Made by a program: the position numbers and the translations under genes. Under the pieces are notes generated by a model that ran no database searches, was not told the DNA's origin, and saw only the letters and a program-made list of their open reading frames with translations. From Alphaproteobacteria bacterium (lineage in GTDB: Bacteria; Pseudomonadota; Alphaproteobacteria; JALRGP01), in assembly GCA_023259685.1 (NCBI GenBank), contig JALRGP010000001.1, forward strand, positions 1 to 32,281: a stretch of 32,281 nucleotides of DNA, in the 5' to 3' direction. Positions 9,481 through 18,450 of the stretch are shown in pieces (position 1 is the first letter of the stretch; each line of letters opens with the position of its first letter).

Positions 9481-11196
9481 ATGAAAAAAAAATATTTAAT
9501 TACGAGTGCACTTCCTTACATTAATGGAATAAAACATCTTGGTAATTTAGTTGGATCTATTTTACCTGCTGACATTTATGCAAGATTTTTAAAACAATCT
9601 GGCCATGATGTTCTATTCATCTGTGGAACAGATGAACATGGAACACCTGCTGAAATAGCTGCCCATGAAGCAAATATTTCTATAGAAGATTATTGTTTAA
9701 AAATGCATGACTTGCAAAAATCTATTTATAAGAAGTTTGATATTAACTTTGATTATTTTGGACGTAGTTCAGATCTTTCTAATCATGATCTGACTCAAAA
9801 AATTTATAAAAAATTAAAGGAAAATAACTGTATTATTCAAACAAACATCAATCAGTATTATTCTCACTTTGACAAACGTTTTTTACCAGATCGTTATATC
9901 GAAGGACAATGCCCATTTTGTGGTTTTGATAAAGCTCGTGGAGATCAATGTGATGGATGTTCTCATTTACTGAGTCCAGAAGATCTAATATCGCCCTATT
10001 CTTCCATCAGTGGCAGCACTGATATTGAACTTAAATCTACAAAACATCTTTTTATTGACCTGCCAAAAATACAAGATCAATTAAAAACCTGGGTTGATAG
10101 CCGAACAGAATGGTCTGATCTGGTGACAGGCATTGCACACAAATGGTTAAAAGAAGGTTTGCAATCCCGTTGTATTACCCGTGATTTAACATGGGGTGTT
10201 TCAGTGCCAGAAGACGGTTACGAAGGAAAAGTTTTTTACGTATGGTTTGATGCGCCAAACGCTTATATCAGCATCACAAAAGATTGGGCAAAACAACACG
10301 GTGATCATACAGAATGGGAAAAATGGTGGTTAAATTCACAAGAATCTGTACACTACACGCAATTTATGGCAAAAGATAACGTACCTTTTCATGCGATTTT
10401 TTGGCCATCCATTTTATTATCTGCGGATATGGGATTTAAACTTGTGGATAATATTAAGAGTTTTCACTGGCTGACCTATGAAAAAGGAAAATTTTCAACA
10501 AGCCGAAAAAGGGGGGTCTTTACGGATCAAGCTTTGGAATTGTACAGCGCTGATTATTGGAGGTATTATTTAATTTCAAATTGTCCTGAGACGTCTGATT
10601 CCGATTTCAGTTTCACGCATTTTGCCTCCGTTGTGAATAAAGATTTGGCAGATATTTTGGGAAATTTTTTAAACCGCACACTGTCTCTCATAGCCAAATA
10701 TTATGACGGTCAAATACCTTGTACATTGGACAGTCATTTAATAGATAGAACATTGTTAAGCCAGGCCAGTGAGATTGTAGGTGAGATTCATAAAAATCTA
10801 TCAGCTCTTAAATTTAGACCAGCCACACAGATGTTGCGTTCATTATGGGTTTTGGGTAATACCTACATCACCACCCATGAACCATGGACTGTTTTAAAAC
10901 ATGATAAAGACGCTGCTGGCGTTGTTCTGACCCATTGCATTCATATGCTCAAGGTGTTTGCCGCTGTGAGCCATCCATTCATCCCAAAAACGTCATCTCA
11001 TATTCTAGATCTTCTTAATGATCCTGATTTTGATAAAAAAGATGAGCTGTCATGCGACAATTGTCTGGATTTTACCTATTTCAAAGCAGGTCACCTTATC
11101 AAAGCCCCACAAAGATTATTTGAAAAAATAGATGATGAAACAGTTAAAAATTTGGCGGATAGATTTTCAGGAACCACTAATGCGAACCATGAATGA
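9481..11196 (+). CDS. metG: methionine--tRNA ligase (no C-terminal tRNA-binding extension)
   Basis: HIGH-type motif (PYINGIKHLGN), zinc knuckle CPFCGFDKARGDQCDGC and KMSKS-type motif KFSTSRKRG. Length 571 aa. Confidence 0.95.
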   Translation: MKKKYLITSALPYINGIKHLGNLVGSILPADIYARFLKQSGHDVLFICGTDEHGTPAEIAAHEANISIEDYCLKMHDLQKSIYKKFDINFDYFGRSSDLSNHDLTQKIYKKLKENNCIIQTNINQYYSHFDKRFLPDRYIEGQCPFCGFDKARGDQCDGCSHLLSPEDLISPYSSISGSTDIELKSTKHLFIDLPKIQDQLKTWVDSRTEWSDLVTGIAHKWLKEGLQSRCITRDLTWGVSVPEDGYEGKVFYVWFDAPNAYISITKDWAKQHGDHTEWEKWWLNSQESVHYTQFMAKDNVPFHAIFWPSILLSADMGFKLVDNIKSFHWLTYEKGKFSTSRKRGVFTDQALELYSADYWRYYLISNCPETSDSDFSFTHFASVVNKDLADILGNFLNRTLSLIAKYYDGQIPCTLDSHLIDRTLLSQASEIVGEIHKNLSALKFRPATQMLRSLWVLGNTYITTHEPWTVLKHDKDAAGVVLTHCIHMLKVFAAVSHPFIPKTSSHILDLLNDPDFDKKDELSCDNCLDFTYFKAGHLIKAPQRLFEKIDDETVKNLADRFSGTTNANHE

Positions 11197-11272
11197 TTAA
11201 TAATTTTAAAATAGTTGTTTTAGATAAAAAAGCATGGGAAAATGAAAAAAGATTCTCTTATATTTGAGCATC

Positions 11273-11935
11273 ATGTCCTTTGTCAATTTACCTGATACCA
11301 TTACTGTTTTAATTGTGAGTAGCGTTATTATTGTGCCAAAAACCAAAGGAATCGTCCCTGTGTTTAATATTGATCAGTTAAAAGCCATCGGTGATGCTAT
11401 TAAGGATGGAACCTTTATTGGCATTGTTCAAAAAGCAGATGAAGGACACGTTTATGCAACCGGCACATTAACAAAAATATTGGATATGAACGAAATTGAT
11501 GTCAGTGGCACTCTTAAAAAAAAAGATGATTTTCATGATATTGATCATGCTGCCATATTGCTGACATTAGGTGGTGTATCTCGTTTTACGATTCAACAAA
11601 AAGAACAATTCAATGGTTATCTTTTAGCCAAAGTCAGTTATGATAATTATGTGACCGATATGGTTGAACATCACGATTTTTCATTGGACAGGCATCGCTT
11701 GATGAATGCTTTGAGAAAATATTTGAAAAAATTAGACGTTGAGCATAATCTCGATGAATTAATGAAATTTTCAAATGAAAAACTTGTTTATGCCTTGACA
11801 ATGTTTTGTCCTTTGGATTCTAAAGAAAAACAAGCCTTATTAGAAACGCCTAGCATTATTGAGCAATCAAAAATGATGACCAATCTGTTAGAAATTTCTA
11901 GTTATGGTTATGACAACAGTACAATGGTGCATTAA
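11273..11935 (+). CDS. LON N-terminal (substrate-binding) domain-like protein
   Basis: About 220 aa. The N-terminal pattern LPDTITVLIVSSVIIVPKTKGIVPVFNIDQLKAIGDAI...FIGIVQ follows the shape of the LON N-domain consensus (LP..lP.FPL...vl.P...l.L.iFE.RY) but is degenerate. The ATG at 11273 is preferred over the TTG at 11264. The stop abuts the grxD start. Confidence 0.5.
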   Translation: MSFVNLPDTITVLIVSSVIIVPKTKGIVPVFNIDQLKAIGDAIKDGTFIGIVQKADEGHVYATGTLTKILDMNEIDVSGTLKKKDDFHDIDHAAILLTLGGVSRFTIQQKEQFNGYLLAKVSYDNYVTDMVEHHDFSLDRHRLMNALRKYLKKLDVEHNLDELMKFSNEKLVYALTMFCPLDSKEKQALLETPSIIEQSKMMTNLLEISSYGYDNSTMVH

Positions 11936-12253
11936 ATGATACAAAAAAAAATAGAAGAAATTATCCACAACCATCCAGTTGTTCTTTTTATGAAAGGAAC
12001 AAAAGATTTTCCAATGTGTGGATTTTCGTCCGTCGTTGTGACAATTTTAAAACGTCTTGATATTGATTTTCTAGACATTAATGTTTTGGATGATCCACAT
12101 ATGCGCCAAAGCATTAAAGATTACTCTGATTGGCCAACGATTCCTCAATTATATATCCATGGAGAATTTATCGGTGGATGTGATATTACAAAAGAATTGT
12201 ACGAAAAAGGGGAACTCCAAAAGTTGTTGAACATTATATATTCACATGAATGA
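11936..12253 (+). CDS. grxD: monothiol glutaredoxin (Grx4 family)
   Basis: PVVLFMKGTKDFPMCGFSS (CGFS active site), WPTIPQLYIHGEFIGGCDI. Length 105 aa. Confidence 0.93.
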   Translation: MIQKKIEEIIHNHPVVLFMKGTKDFPMCGFSSVVVTILKRLDIDFLDINVLDDPHMRQSIKDYSDWPTIPQLYIHGEFIGGCDITKELYEKGELQKLLNIIYSHE

Positions 12254-14445
12254 TAACGCGTCTATTATTATGTTGTGCATGTTTATTTTTAGGAATCCAA
12301 ATTCCTCATGTACAAGAAGAAGTCATCACTTGGTATATTAAAAAATATACCAATCTTCCTCCTGTTCATATTGAATGCAATGTCGGGTTTGTACCATTTT
12401 TTTTAAATATAAAAAAAATTCATATCCATAATGTGATCGAGATGAATGATATTGATATTCAGTATCGATTTTTAACACATATTGATATTCATGTTAAAGA
12501 TTTTAAAACCTTAATACCTGTGCTTCATGAAAATCTTCACGCCCTGATGCCCATACGTGGTCATGGACAAGGATCCTTTAAAGATTTAAAAAATTTTACA
12601 TCCATCATTCAAACAAACATTGGATCATTCCATATAAACCAAGATATGACACTTGCAAGATTAACAATTCCAAAGCTATATGATGCAGTTCCTCCATTAA
12701 TGATCGAATGTTCTGTGGCTACACTTTCTCCTGAATCTGGCGTTAGGTTGATGTCTGTTCAAGGAGAGGGTTGGTATTTAAAACAGCCTGTTTCCTTGTA
12801 TCTCAATCATGTGTGCGATCCTATTAATATGGTATCTCCCTACGGCCGTGTGCTCATTAATGAACTAGTGATTCCTTTTGAATATCGCCAAGGAGAAATA
12901 TTTAAAAATAAAAAACCTTGGCAAGGACGTGCCATCGTGAACATTGAAAAAGGAATCCCTTTACACGTGATATGCCAATTAAAAGGAACACAGGCTTTGC
13001 CGTCCTTTGATATAACAACGGATATCAACATTGAAAAATTATTCAAAGGTATTGCACGATTGAGCGGTTCATTAAATCAAGCCACATTCTCTGTCAAAGG
13101 CGCATCTCCTTACGGTGATGTTCAAGGAGCCGCCCTGATTAATTTATTTGATCAATCATTTGAAAATTTGGTAGTGTCTTCGCAAGGTAATCTTAAAAGT
13201 GTGAATATGGGTGACATTTTAGAAGGAAAATATTTGATCAAACTCGCAGGTTTTGGAACATTTTTAAATCCAAAAATTGAAGGTTTTATCCAATTAAATC
13301 AAGGCTTGTATACAAATTTAGATAACGGAACCACACTTCAAAATATTGATCTTAAAGCAATTTTTAAAAACCAAAAAATAACGATCGAACATTGTGTTGG
13401 GTATGATGCGCCAAAAAAATCAAACAAGACACCTAAAATGTTTCAGGTAAAAGGATCGATCAACTTATTACAAATCAAAAATCCAACACTTGATCTCAAT
13501 ATTTCTTTTAAAGATTTTCAAATTGCGGATTCTCCTTTGTTTTTTGCACGTTTTGATGGAGATTTAAATGTATCAGGTACAATTCAAAAACCATTTATCA
13601 AAGGTCATGCTCAATTAAAAAAAGCCCGTATTGTTTTGGATGAGGTAGCGGCCTTTGATACATCTAAAGTCAAAATTATGAATAAACCTATTAAAAAAAA
13701 GAAAAAAAACAAAACATCTTTCCAAATTCCTATCGATTTAAAATTGGATATTCCATCCAAATTATACATACGAGGGATGGAATTTAATAGTGAATGGAAA
13801 GGAGAGTTGTGGGTCAAAGGTTGTTTGCCAGATTCATACCTAGAAGGCCAATTGCGCTCAAAAAGAGGATTTTTTAATTTCGTTGGAAAACGGCTAAAGC
13901 TACAAAAAAGTTATATTTTTTATTCAAAGAATTATCCTAATCAACCGAAATTATCTATTGTGATGGTTAAAAATTCATTGGATACTCCTGATGTATTTTT
14001 AAAAATGTTGGGGCAGGCTCCGAAATTTGAATTTTCCATCACAACATTTCCAGAGAGTTCCGTTTTGGATGGGTTATCTTTGTTATTGTTTTCAAAAGAA
14101 TCTAAAGATATTTCCTTGCTGCAAGCCGCGCAATTAACCAGTGTCTTTAAAAGTAAAAAAGATATTGGTTTTTTAATACAGGTGCAAACAATTTTGGAAA
14201 ATGCCCCTATATACTTGAAGCAATACGAACGGTTTGATGCGAAACAAGGGGAAACGAAACACACCAGTGCGATCGGTATCTCTAAGGAATTTAAAAATGC
14301 TCAAATATCAATCGATCAAAGTACGGAACAACATAGTTCAACGCAATTATCACTGCAAGTTCCCTGGTCCAAAAACGTCAGTGTTGATGCAACAATGGGA
14401 AGCGGATATTCCGGCGTTGGACTTAATTACCAAAAACGTTATTAA
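12250..14445 (+). CDS. tamB: TamB-like translocation and assembly module protein (short form, DUF490-type C-terminus)
   Basis: N-terminal TM anchor (LLLCCACLFLGI) followed by long beta-rich sequence. The C-terminal region GQLRSKRGFFNFVGKRLKLQKSYIFY...PKLSIVM...VFLKMLGQAPKFEFSITTFPESSVLDGLSLLLFSKE...LQAAQL matches the TamB C-terminal domain pattern. The ATG overlaps the grxD TGA (ATGA at 12250-12253). Confidence 0.62.
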   Translation: MITRLLLCCACLFLGIQIPHVQEEVITWYIKKYTNLPPVHIECNVGFVPFFLNIKKIHIHNVIEMNDIDIQYRFLTHIDIHVKDFKTLIPVLHENLHALMPIRGHGQGSFKDLKNFTSIIQTNIGSFHINQDMTLARLTIPKLYDAVPPLMIECSVATLSPESGVRLMSVQGEGWYLKQPVSLYLNHVCDPINMVSPYGRVLINELVIPFEYRQGEIFKNKKPWQGRAIVNIEKGIPLHVICQLKGTQALPSFDITTDINIEKLFKGIARLSGSLNQATFSVKGASPYGDVQGAALINLFDQSFENLVVSSQGNLKSVNMGDILEGKYLIKLAGFGTFLNPKIEGFIQLNQGLYTNLDNGTTLQNIDLKAIFKNQKITIEHCVGYDAPKKSNKTPKMFQVKGSINLLQIKNPTLDLNISFKDFQIADSPLFFARFDGDLNVSGTIQKPFIKGHAQLKKARIVLDEVAAFDTSKVKIMNKPIKKKKKNKTSFQIPIDLKLDIPSKLYIRGMEFNSEWKGELWVKGCLPDSYLEGQLRSKRGFFNFVGKRLKLQKSYIFYSKNYPNQPKLSIVMVKNSLDTPDVFLKMLGQAPKFEFSITTFPESSVLDGLSLLLFSKESKDISLLQAAQLTSVFKSKKDIGFLIQVQTILENAPIYLKQYERFDAKQGETKHTSAIGISKEFKNAQISIDQSTEQHSSTQLSLQVPWSKNVSVDATMGSGYSGVGLNYQKRY

Positions 14446-15253
14446 AAAGAAACACAGTTTGATCAATGATATGTCGATAAATATCAAAAAACAAATTTTT
14501 TGATAACAAATAACCTCGACCCGTATAGTTAATAAGCACTGTATGGGCAAACGTCTTTAACTTTGGCATTTCTTCATCCACAATAATTGAGTCAAATTTT
14601 TCATCTTTGAAACGCTTCATGGCACGTGGAGATAAATGATGGGAACATCCTTTAAATAAAAAAAGTGTCCCTTTTGTGCCCATTTCATCATCAATATATT
14701 GTAAAAAATCATGGGAAATGGCATACTCTTTTTTAGAACACTTTGATATTTTTTGAAAAGATTGTGTTTTTAAAACTTCAATATTTTTGCAAAAAGATTC
14801 ACAATTTTTTTCAATTAATTTTTGATGGTGAGGATAAATTTTTTGACATTGGCTCGATAAAAATTTTGCAATAATTTTTATGTTATAAATTGATAAAAAA
14901 AAATGCCCATCATAACCTTGTCCTTGATCTCTTTTTTTTAATAATCTTAATCCTTTAATGTCTTCAATAACAACGTGGCAAGGAATACGGATTTTTTTTA
15001 AGCTAAAAGATTCATATAAGGAACCCAAAGATATAAAAAGACAACTTTTTTGAATGCGCTCGATGTCATGATGAGACAGTTGAACGTGATGATGAGAAGT
15101 ATGATCATGACTCATACTATAAACATGAATATCGCTACCGTCTAATAGATACATCACAATCGATGCAATAGGCTTAAAAGATACAAAAACACCACCTTGG
15201 TTACACCAAGCTGACATCACGACAGAAATGATGATGATATATTTTTTAATCAT
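14423..15253 (-). CDS. ZnuA/TroA-like periplasmic metal-binding protein
   Basis: Signal peptide (MIKKYIIIISVVMSAWC), FKPIASIV, a His-rich stretch SMSHDHTSHHHVQLSHHD, then LFISLGSLYESF. This is cluster-9 SBP architecture. A GAGGA RBS lies 5 nt upstream of the ATG. The 3' end overlaps the convergent tamB-like gene by 23 nt. Confidence 0.68.
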   Translation of the reverse strand: MIKKYIIIISVVMSAWCNQGGVFVSFKPIASIVMYLLDGSDIHVYSMSHDHTSHHHVQLSHHDIERIQKSCLFISLGSLYESFSLKKIRIPCHVVIEDIKGLRLLKKRDQGQGYDGHFFLSIYNIKIIAKFLSSQCQKIYPHHQKLIEKNCESFCKNIEVLKTQSFQKISKCSKKEYAISHDFLQYIDDEMGTKGTLFLFKGCSHHLSPRAMKRFKDEKFDSIIVDEEMPKLKTFAHTVLINYTGRGYLLSKNLFFDIYRHIIDQTVFLFNNVFGN

Positions 15254-15263
15254 ACTTATCCTC

Positions 15264-15392
15264 TTATTTTTTAATATCTTTAGACAGATGAGCTATAGCT
15301 GTTTTTTCGCCTTCTCCAACGATATAACCGATAAAAAAACATATAGTTCCAAAGATAACGACAAGTATCACACTGATCACCATACGAAACAT
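15264..15392 (-). CDS. unannotated 42-aa single-pass membrane peptide (MFRMVISVILVVIFGTICFFIGYIVGEGEKTAIAHLSKDIKK)
   Basis: My own translation, since it is below the ORF-track size cut-off. The ATG lies 2 nt after the NUDIX stop. Its stop lies 10 nt before the ZnuA-like ATG, and that spacer is the GAGGA RBS. One clean 21-residue hydrophobic helix is followed by a charged tail, and the ORF fills an otherwise unexplained 141-nt gap. Confidence 0.4.
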   Translation of the reverse strand: MFRMVISVILVVIFGTICFFIGYIVGEGEKTAIAHLSKDIKK

Positions 15393-15394
15393 GA

Positions 15395-15991
15395 TTAAAT
15401 CCGAATTCTATGGAAAAAATGGCACCATTTTTTTGTATCATCTAAAATGTCGGGGTGAGACATAATTTGATCCAAAGACATCCATTGACCGCTATGCCCT
15501 TCACGTTCTTCTATTTGAAAAGATGTGTCTTTGACTTTTCCTAAATAAATTAAATCCGTATGATAGCGCACGCCCGCAATCGTCTCATGATCATCAATAC
15601 CAAAAGGACATGGTCTTGCGGATATAGGAGACGCACTGATTAATTCCACAGTCATACCGGTTTCTTCAAGAACTTCTCTGATGGCTGCATCAGACGGAAT
15701 TTCATGGTTATCAATTTTGCCACCAGGTGGAACAAATTTTTGAAGACGATGATGAAAAAACATAAAAAATTCCTTGGCTTCATTTTTAATGTAAACCGTT
15801 GCGCACATAAAATATTGAGGTACATTTTCATCGAAACATCGGTTGATCCGTGACATAACAAAGGTGTTGTGATCTTTGTCTGTGATCACCCATTGCTCCT
15901 GACTGTGATCATAAGACATAGTATCAGGAATACAAGATACGATAGAACGTTTTCCGTTATCAAATGTATATTCAAAATGTAGTTTTTTCAT
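15395..15991 (-). CDS. NUDIX hydrolase with an N-terminal extension of about 55 aa
   Basis: Perfect Nudix box GGKIDNHEIPSDAAIREVLEETGM (GX5EX7REUXEEXGU). An AAGGA RBS lies upstream of the ATG. Confidence 0.87.
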   Translation of the reverse strand: MKKLHFEYTFDNGKRSIVSCIPDTMSYDHSQEQWVITDKDHNTFVMSRINRCFDENVPQYFMCATVYIKNEAKEFFMFFHHRLQKFVPPGGKIDNHEIPSDAAIREVLEETGMTVELISASPISARPCPFGIDDHETIAGVRYHTDLIYLGKVKDTSFQIEEREGHSGQWMSLDQIMSHPDILDDTKKWCHFFHRIRI

Positions 15992-16019
15992 TATTGTCCT
16001 TGAAGTTTAATCAAAATGA

Positions 16020-16040
16020 AAAGGGCTAAAATAGCCCTTT
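16020..16040 (-). terminator. putative intrinsic terminator downstream of the rlmB-like gene
   Basis: 8-bp stem AAAGGGCT/AGCCCTTT with a 5-nt loop, 13 nt after the stop. On the minus strand it is followed by TCATTTTG (a modest T-run). Confidence 0.5.
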
Positions 16041-16052
16041 ATGAAAAAGTGT

Positions 16053-16799
16053 CTAGGCAGCTACTCCTGGTTGAAGAGATTTAAAATTTTCTTGTGCACA
16101 CTGAACGGTATACATAGAAATACCTGCAGCAACCGAGGCATTTAATGTGCTGAAATCAGGGTTGGTTCGAAGCTTAATCAAAGCATCACATGATTTTTCT
16201 GTTAAATCACGCAATCCTTCCCCTTCATTTCCAATGACGATCGCAACTTTTCCTTCCAGATCAACCTCATCAAGATATTTTGTACCTTCTTCGGCAAGAC
16301 CATAACACCAAAAACCAAGTTTTTTAAGGTCTTCTAAACCTTGTGCTAAATTGGGAATGGTAATTTGGGTCACATGCTCAAACGCACCACACGCTGCTTT
16401 GACGATCACACCTGTTTCCTTTGGAGCATGGGTTTGAAGAACAACTAATGCATCCACGCCCATGGCATAACATGAACGAACAATCGCTCCGATATTTTGC
16501 GGATCATTGATACGATCTAATACGAGAACACGTTGATTTTTTTTCTCGTTTTTTTCTAAGTAATCAATGCCGTAAGTTTCAAGAGGTCTTACTTGCAAAG
16601 CGATTCCTTGGTGAATAGCACCCGCTGGCAAACGAAGAGCCAGGTTTTTTTTATCTGCTAAATGGACACGGCGCCCTTGTAGTTCTGGAATTTGCATTAA
16701 AAAATCCTCATCCGTGACAAACACTTGTTCGATCACGCGATTCTTATTTCTTAATGCAGCCACACATGGATGCCATCCGTAAATCAGAAGATTGTTCAT
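16053..16799 (-). CDS. rlmB: SpoU/TrmH-family RNA 2'-O-methyltransferase (RlmB-like)
   Basis: SpoU motifs DPQNIGAIVRSCYAMGVDALV, VIGNEGEGL and LNASVAAGI, plus the N-terminal SpoU substrate-binding-type segment IYGWHPCVAAL. Length 248 aa. Confidence 0.85.
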   Translation of the reverse strand: MNNLLIYGWHPCVAALRNKNRVIEQVFVTDEDFLMQIPELQGRRVHLADKKNLALRLPAGAIHQGIALQVRPLETYGIDYLEKNEKKNQRVLVLDRINDPQNIGAIVRSCYAMGVDALVVLQTHAPKETGVIVKAACGAFEHVTQITIPNLAQGLEDLKKLGFWCYGLAEEGTKYLDEVDLEGKVAIVIGNEGEGLRDLTEKSCDALIKLRTNPDFSTLNASVAAGISMYTVQCAQENFKSLQPGVAA

Positions 16800-16878
16800 T
16801 AGTTTAAAATTTTAAAGGTCTGTAGCTACTTTGATCATAGGGTTTTCTTATATATCTGTGCAAGCTTTGCATAAGAAC

Positions 16879-17119
16879 GGGGGTGCGATACCCCCACCCT
16901 CCCTACTTGGGGTAAATGTGTTTCAGCGTTTGATTCACTTTGTAGTTGTCGCGGGTAGCATAAAAAGATTAAAAAAATATTAATTTTTACCATTTTCGCA
17001 AAAAAATAATAAAAACAAGAAAAAATAAAATATTTTTGTTAGAAATTCTCTTAATGAATATAAAAAAATCATCTGTTTTGAAGATATTTTTCTTCCTCCC
17101 CCACTTTTAATCGCACCCC
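16879..17119. repeat. pair of G/C-rich inverted motifs bracketing about 190 bp of A/T-rich DNA (possible MITE-like or structured element)
   Basis: GGGGTGCGAT at 16880-16889 is the exact reverse complement of ATCGCACCCC at 17110-17119. Each arm sits beside a C-run motif on the inner side (CCCCCACCCTCCC at 16891-16903, CCTCCCCCAC at 17095-17104). The left arm also forms a local hairpin, GGGGG-TGCGATA-CCCCC (16879-16895). Confidence 0.4.
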
Positions 17120-17169
17120 TTAAAATCTTTGGGTATGGGACGGCCTATTGGCAAAACACATAAATAATT

Positions 17170-18372
17170 TTATAAAGGGTCTTTCTTTTTATTCATAAAA
17201 ACGACAAGACTACTGATTAAAAAACACAGTGGTATAGATGCCATAGCATATTGGTAAGATTGCACGGTGTAAATGCGCACCCCTTCTGTGTTTATTCCAC
17301 CTGTCCATGTAAAATCCAAAATATGTCCCATGAGTGGTTGAAAAATAATGCCACCAATCATCACAATGGCATTTGTTAATGCAATGGCGGTTCCACTGAA
17401 ATAAACAGGAGTTTTTTCTTTTGCCCAATTAAAACACAATACCTGTGCTCCCATTACAACGCCTGATAAAAATAACAAACCAAACGCATACGATAATGTT
17501 GTGTAATTAAAAAAGGGAATGGTTGAAAATAAGATTGTTGATAACAATGATCCGTATAAAATTATGTGATCTGTAGATCTTCGTTCATTGATAAATTTTG
17601 GATAAATAAGTCCGCCTACTGCCATACCAATACATATCATGGTTCCACCGTATGCGGCCGTGTGATTATGAATGCTAAAAACATTTTTTAAAAACGGTGT
17701 CATCCATAATTCACATAAAACTGACATGGGAAGATACATCAAGCACCCAACAAAGCCGCATATAATAATTTTTGAATTTTGAAGTAAAACATATAATTCT
17801 CTCCATAAATTATACGATACATTATGTACTTTGTTATTTTTAATACAACAGATGCAAGCTGTTGTCACAACAATTCCAATGATGCCTAAAATCATTGTTG
17901 TTCCTCTCCACCCATAAATTGACACTAAATAAGACAATGGCGGCCCTGCAAAACAACCACCAATGGTTCCCAAAGCATTGGTTAATCCCGCCATTAATGC
18001 AAATTTTGAAGGATCAAATGAGTCAATAGAAATTTTCAAACAGCTAATAAAAGCACAGGCAGAACCTGCACCGATCAAAAAACGACTGATTTTGGCCACA
18101 AATAATACGGATGTTGTTGAAAGTAACAAAATTCCAATGGTACAGACGGCGGATGATACGCTGATGACGCGTTTAGCTCCAAAACGGTCCACCAATAATC
18201 CACAAGGAATTTGAAGAGGTACGTAAGCATAATAGTATAAAGAATTAAACCATCCTAATGATGTGGCACCAACACCAAAAGATTCCATTAATTCATGGGT
18301 CATAACACCAGTACAAAATCTTAAAATTAATTCATACATATAAAAAACTGAAGCAACTAACCAAGATAGCAT
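17170..18372 (-). CDS. MFS transporter
   Basis: 400 aa, about 12 hydrophobic spans, MFS motif A GLLVDRFGAKRV. Confidence 0.85.
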   Translation of the reverse strand: MLSWLVASVFYMYELILRFCTGVMTHELMESFGVGATSLGWFNSLYYYAYVPLQIPCGLLVDRFGAKRVISVSSAVCTIGILLLSTTSVLFVAKISRFLIGAGSACAFISCLKISIDSFDPSKFALMAGLTNALGTIGGCFAGPPLSYLVSIYGWRGTTMILGIIGIVVTTACICCIKNNKVHNVSYNLWRELYVLLQNSKIIICGFVGCLMYLPMSVLCELWMTPFLKNVFSIHNHTAAYGGTMICIGMAVGGLIYPKFINERRSTDHIILYGSLLSTILFSTIPFFNYTTLSYAFGLLFLSGVVMGAQVLCFNWAKEKTPVYFSGTAIALTNAIVMIGGIIFQPLMGHILDFTWTGGINTEGVRIYTVQSYQYAMASIPLCFLISSLVVFMNKKKDPL

Positions 18373-18450
18373 TACAAAACAACTTCAATCAACTTAATAT
18401 AGTTTACAAATCTTATAGTATGGGAGCAAGCATATGCCTAACAGGGGGGC

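Noticed and set aside
7140-13709. Poly(A) runs of 8-9 nt inside ftsH (7140-7148), metG (9484-9492) and tamB-like (13693-13700, 13702-13709), considered as frameshift or pseudogenisation sites.
   Set aside because: All are in frame and encode Lys runs within intact full-length ORFs. They are only worth noting as potential slippage sites, not as lesions.
8782-15861. Antisense or alternative-frame ORFs 8782..8973, 11932..12114, 12840..13046, 13611..13817, 13941..14264, 14234..14503, 14350..14550 and 15652..15861.
   Set aside because: Each is embedded in a better-supported gene (mlaE, grxD, tamB-like, ZnuA-like, NUDIX). Their composition is typical of AT-rich shadow frames.
16857-16906. tRNA or tmRNA acceptor-piece interpretation of the GGGGG-TGCGATA-CCCCC hairpin.
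   Set aside because: The T-loop deviates from the consensus (TGCGATA against TTCGAWT). No matching 5' acceptor strand (GGAGGGT) occurs upstream. The only foldable anticodon arm lacks U33, and no CCA or alanine-identity context is present. It is kept only as part of the inverted-motif finding.
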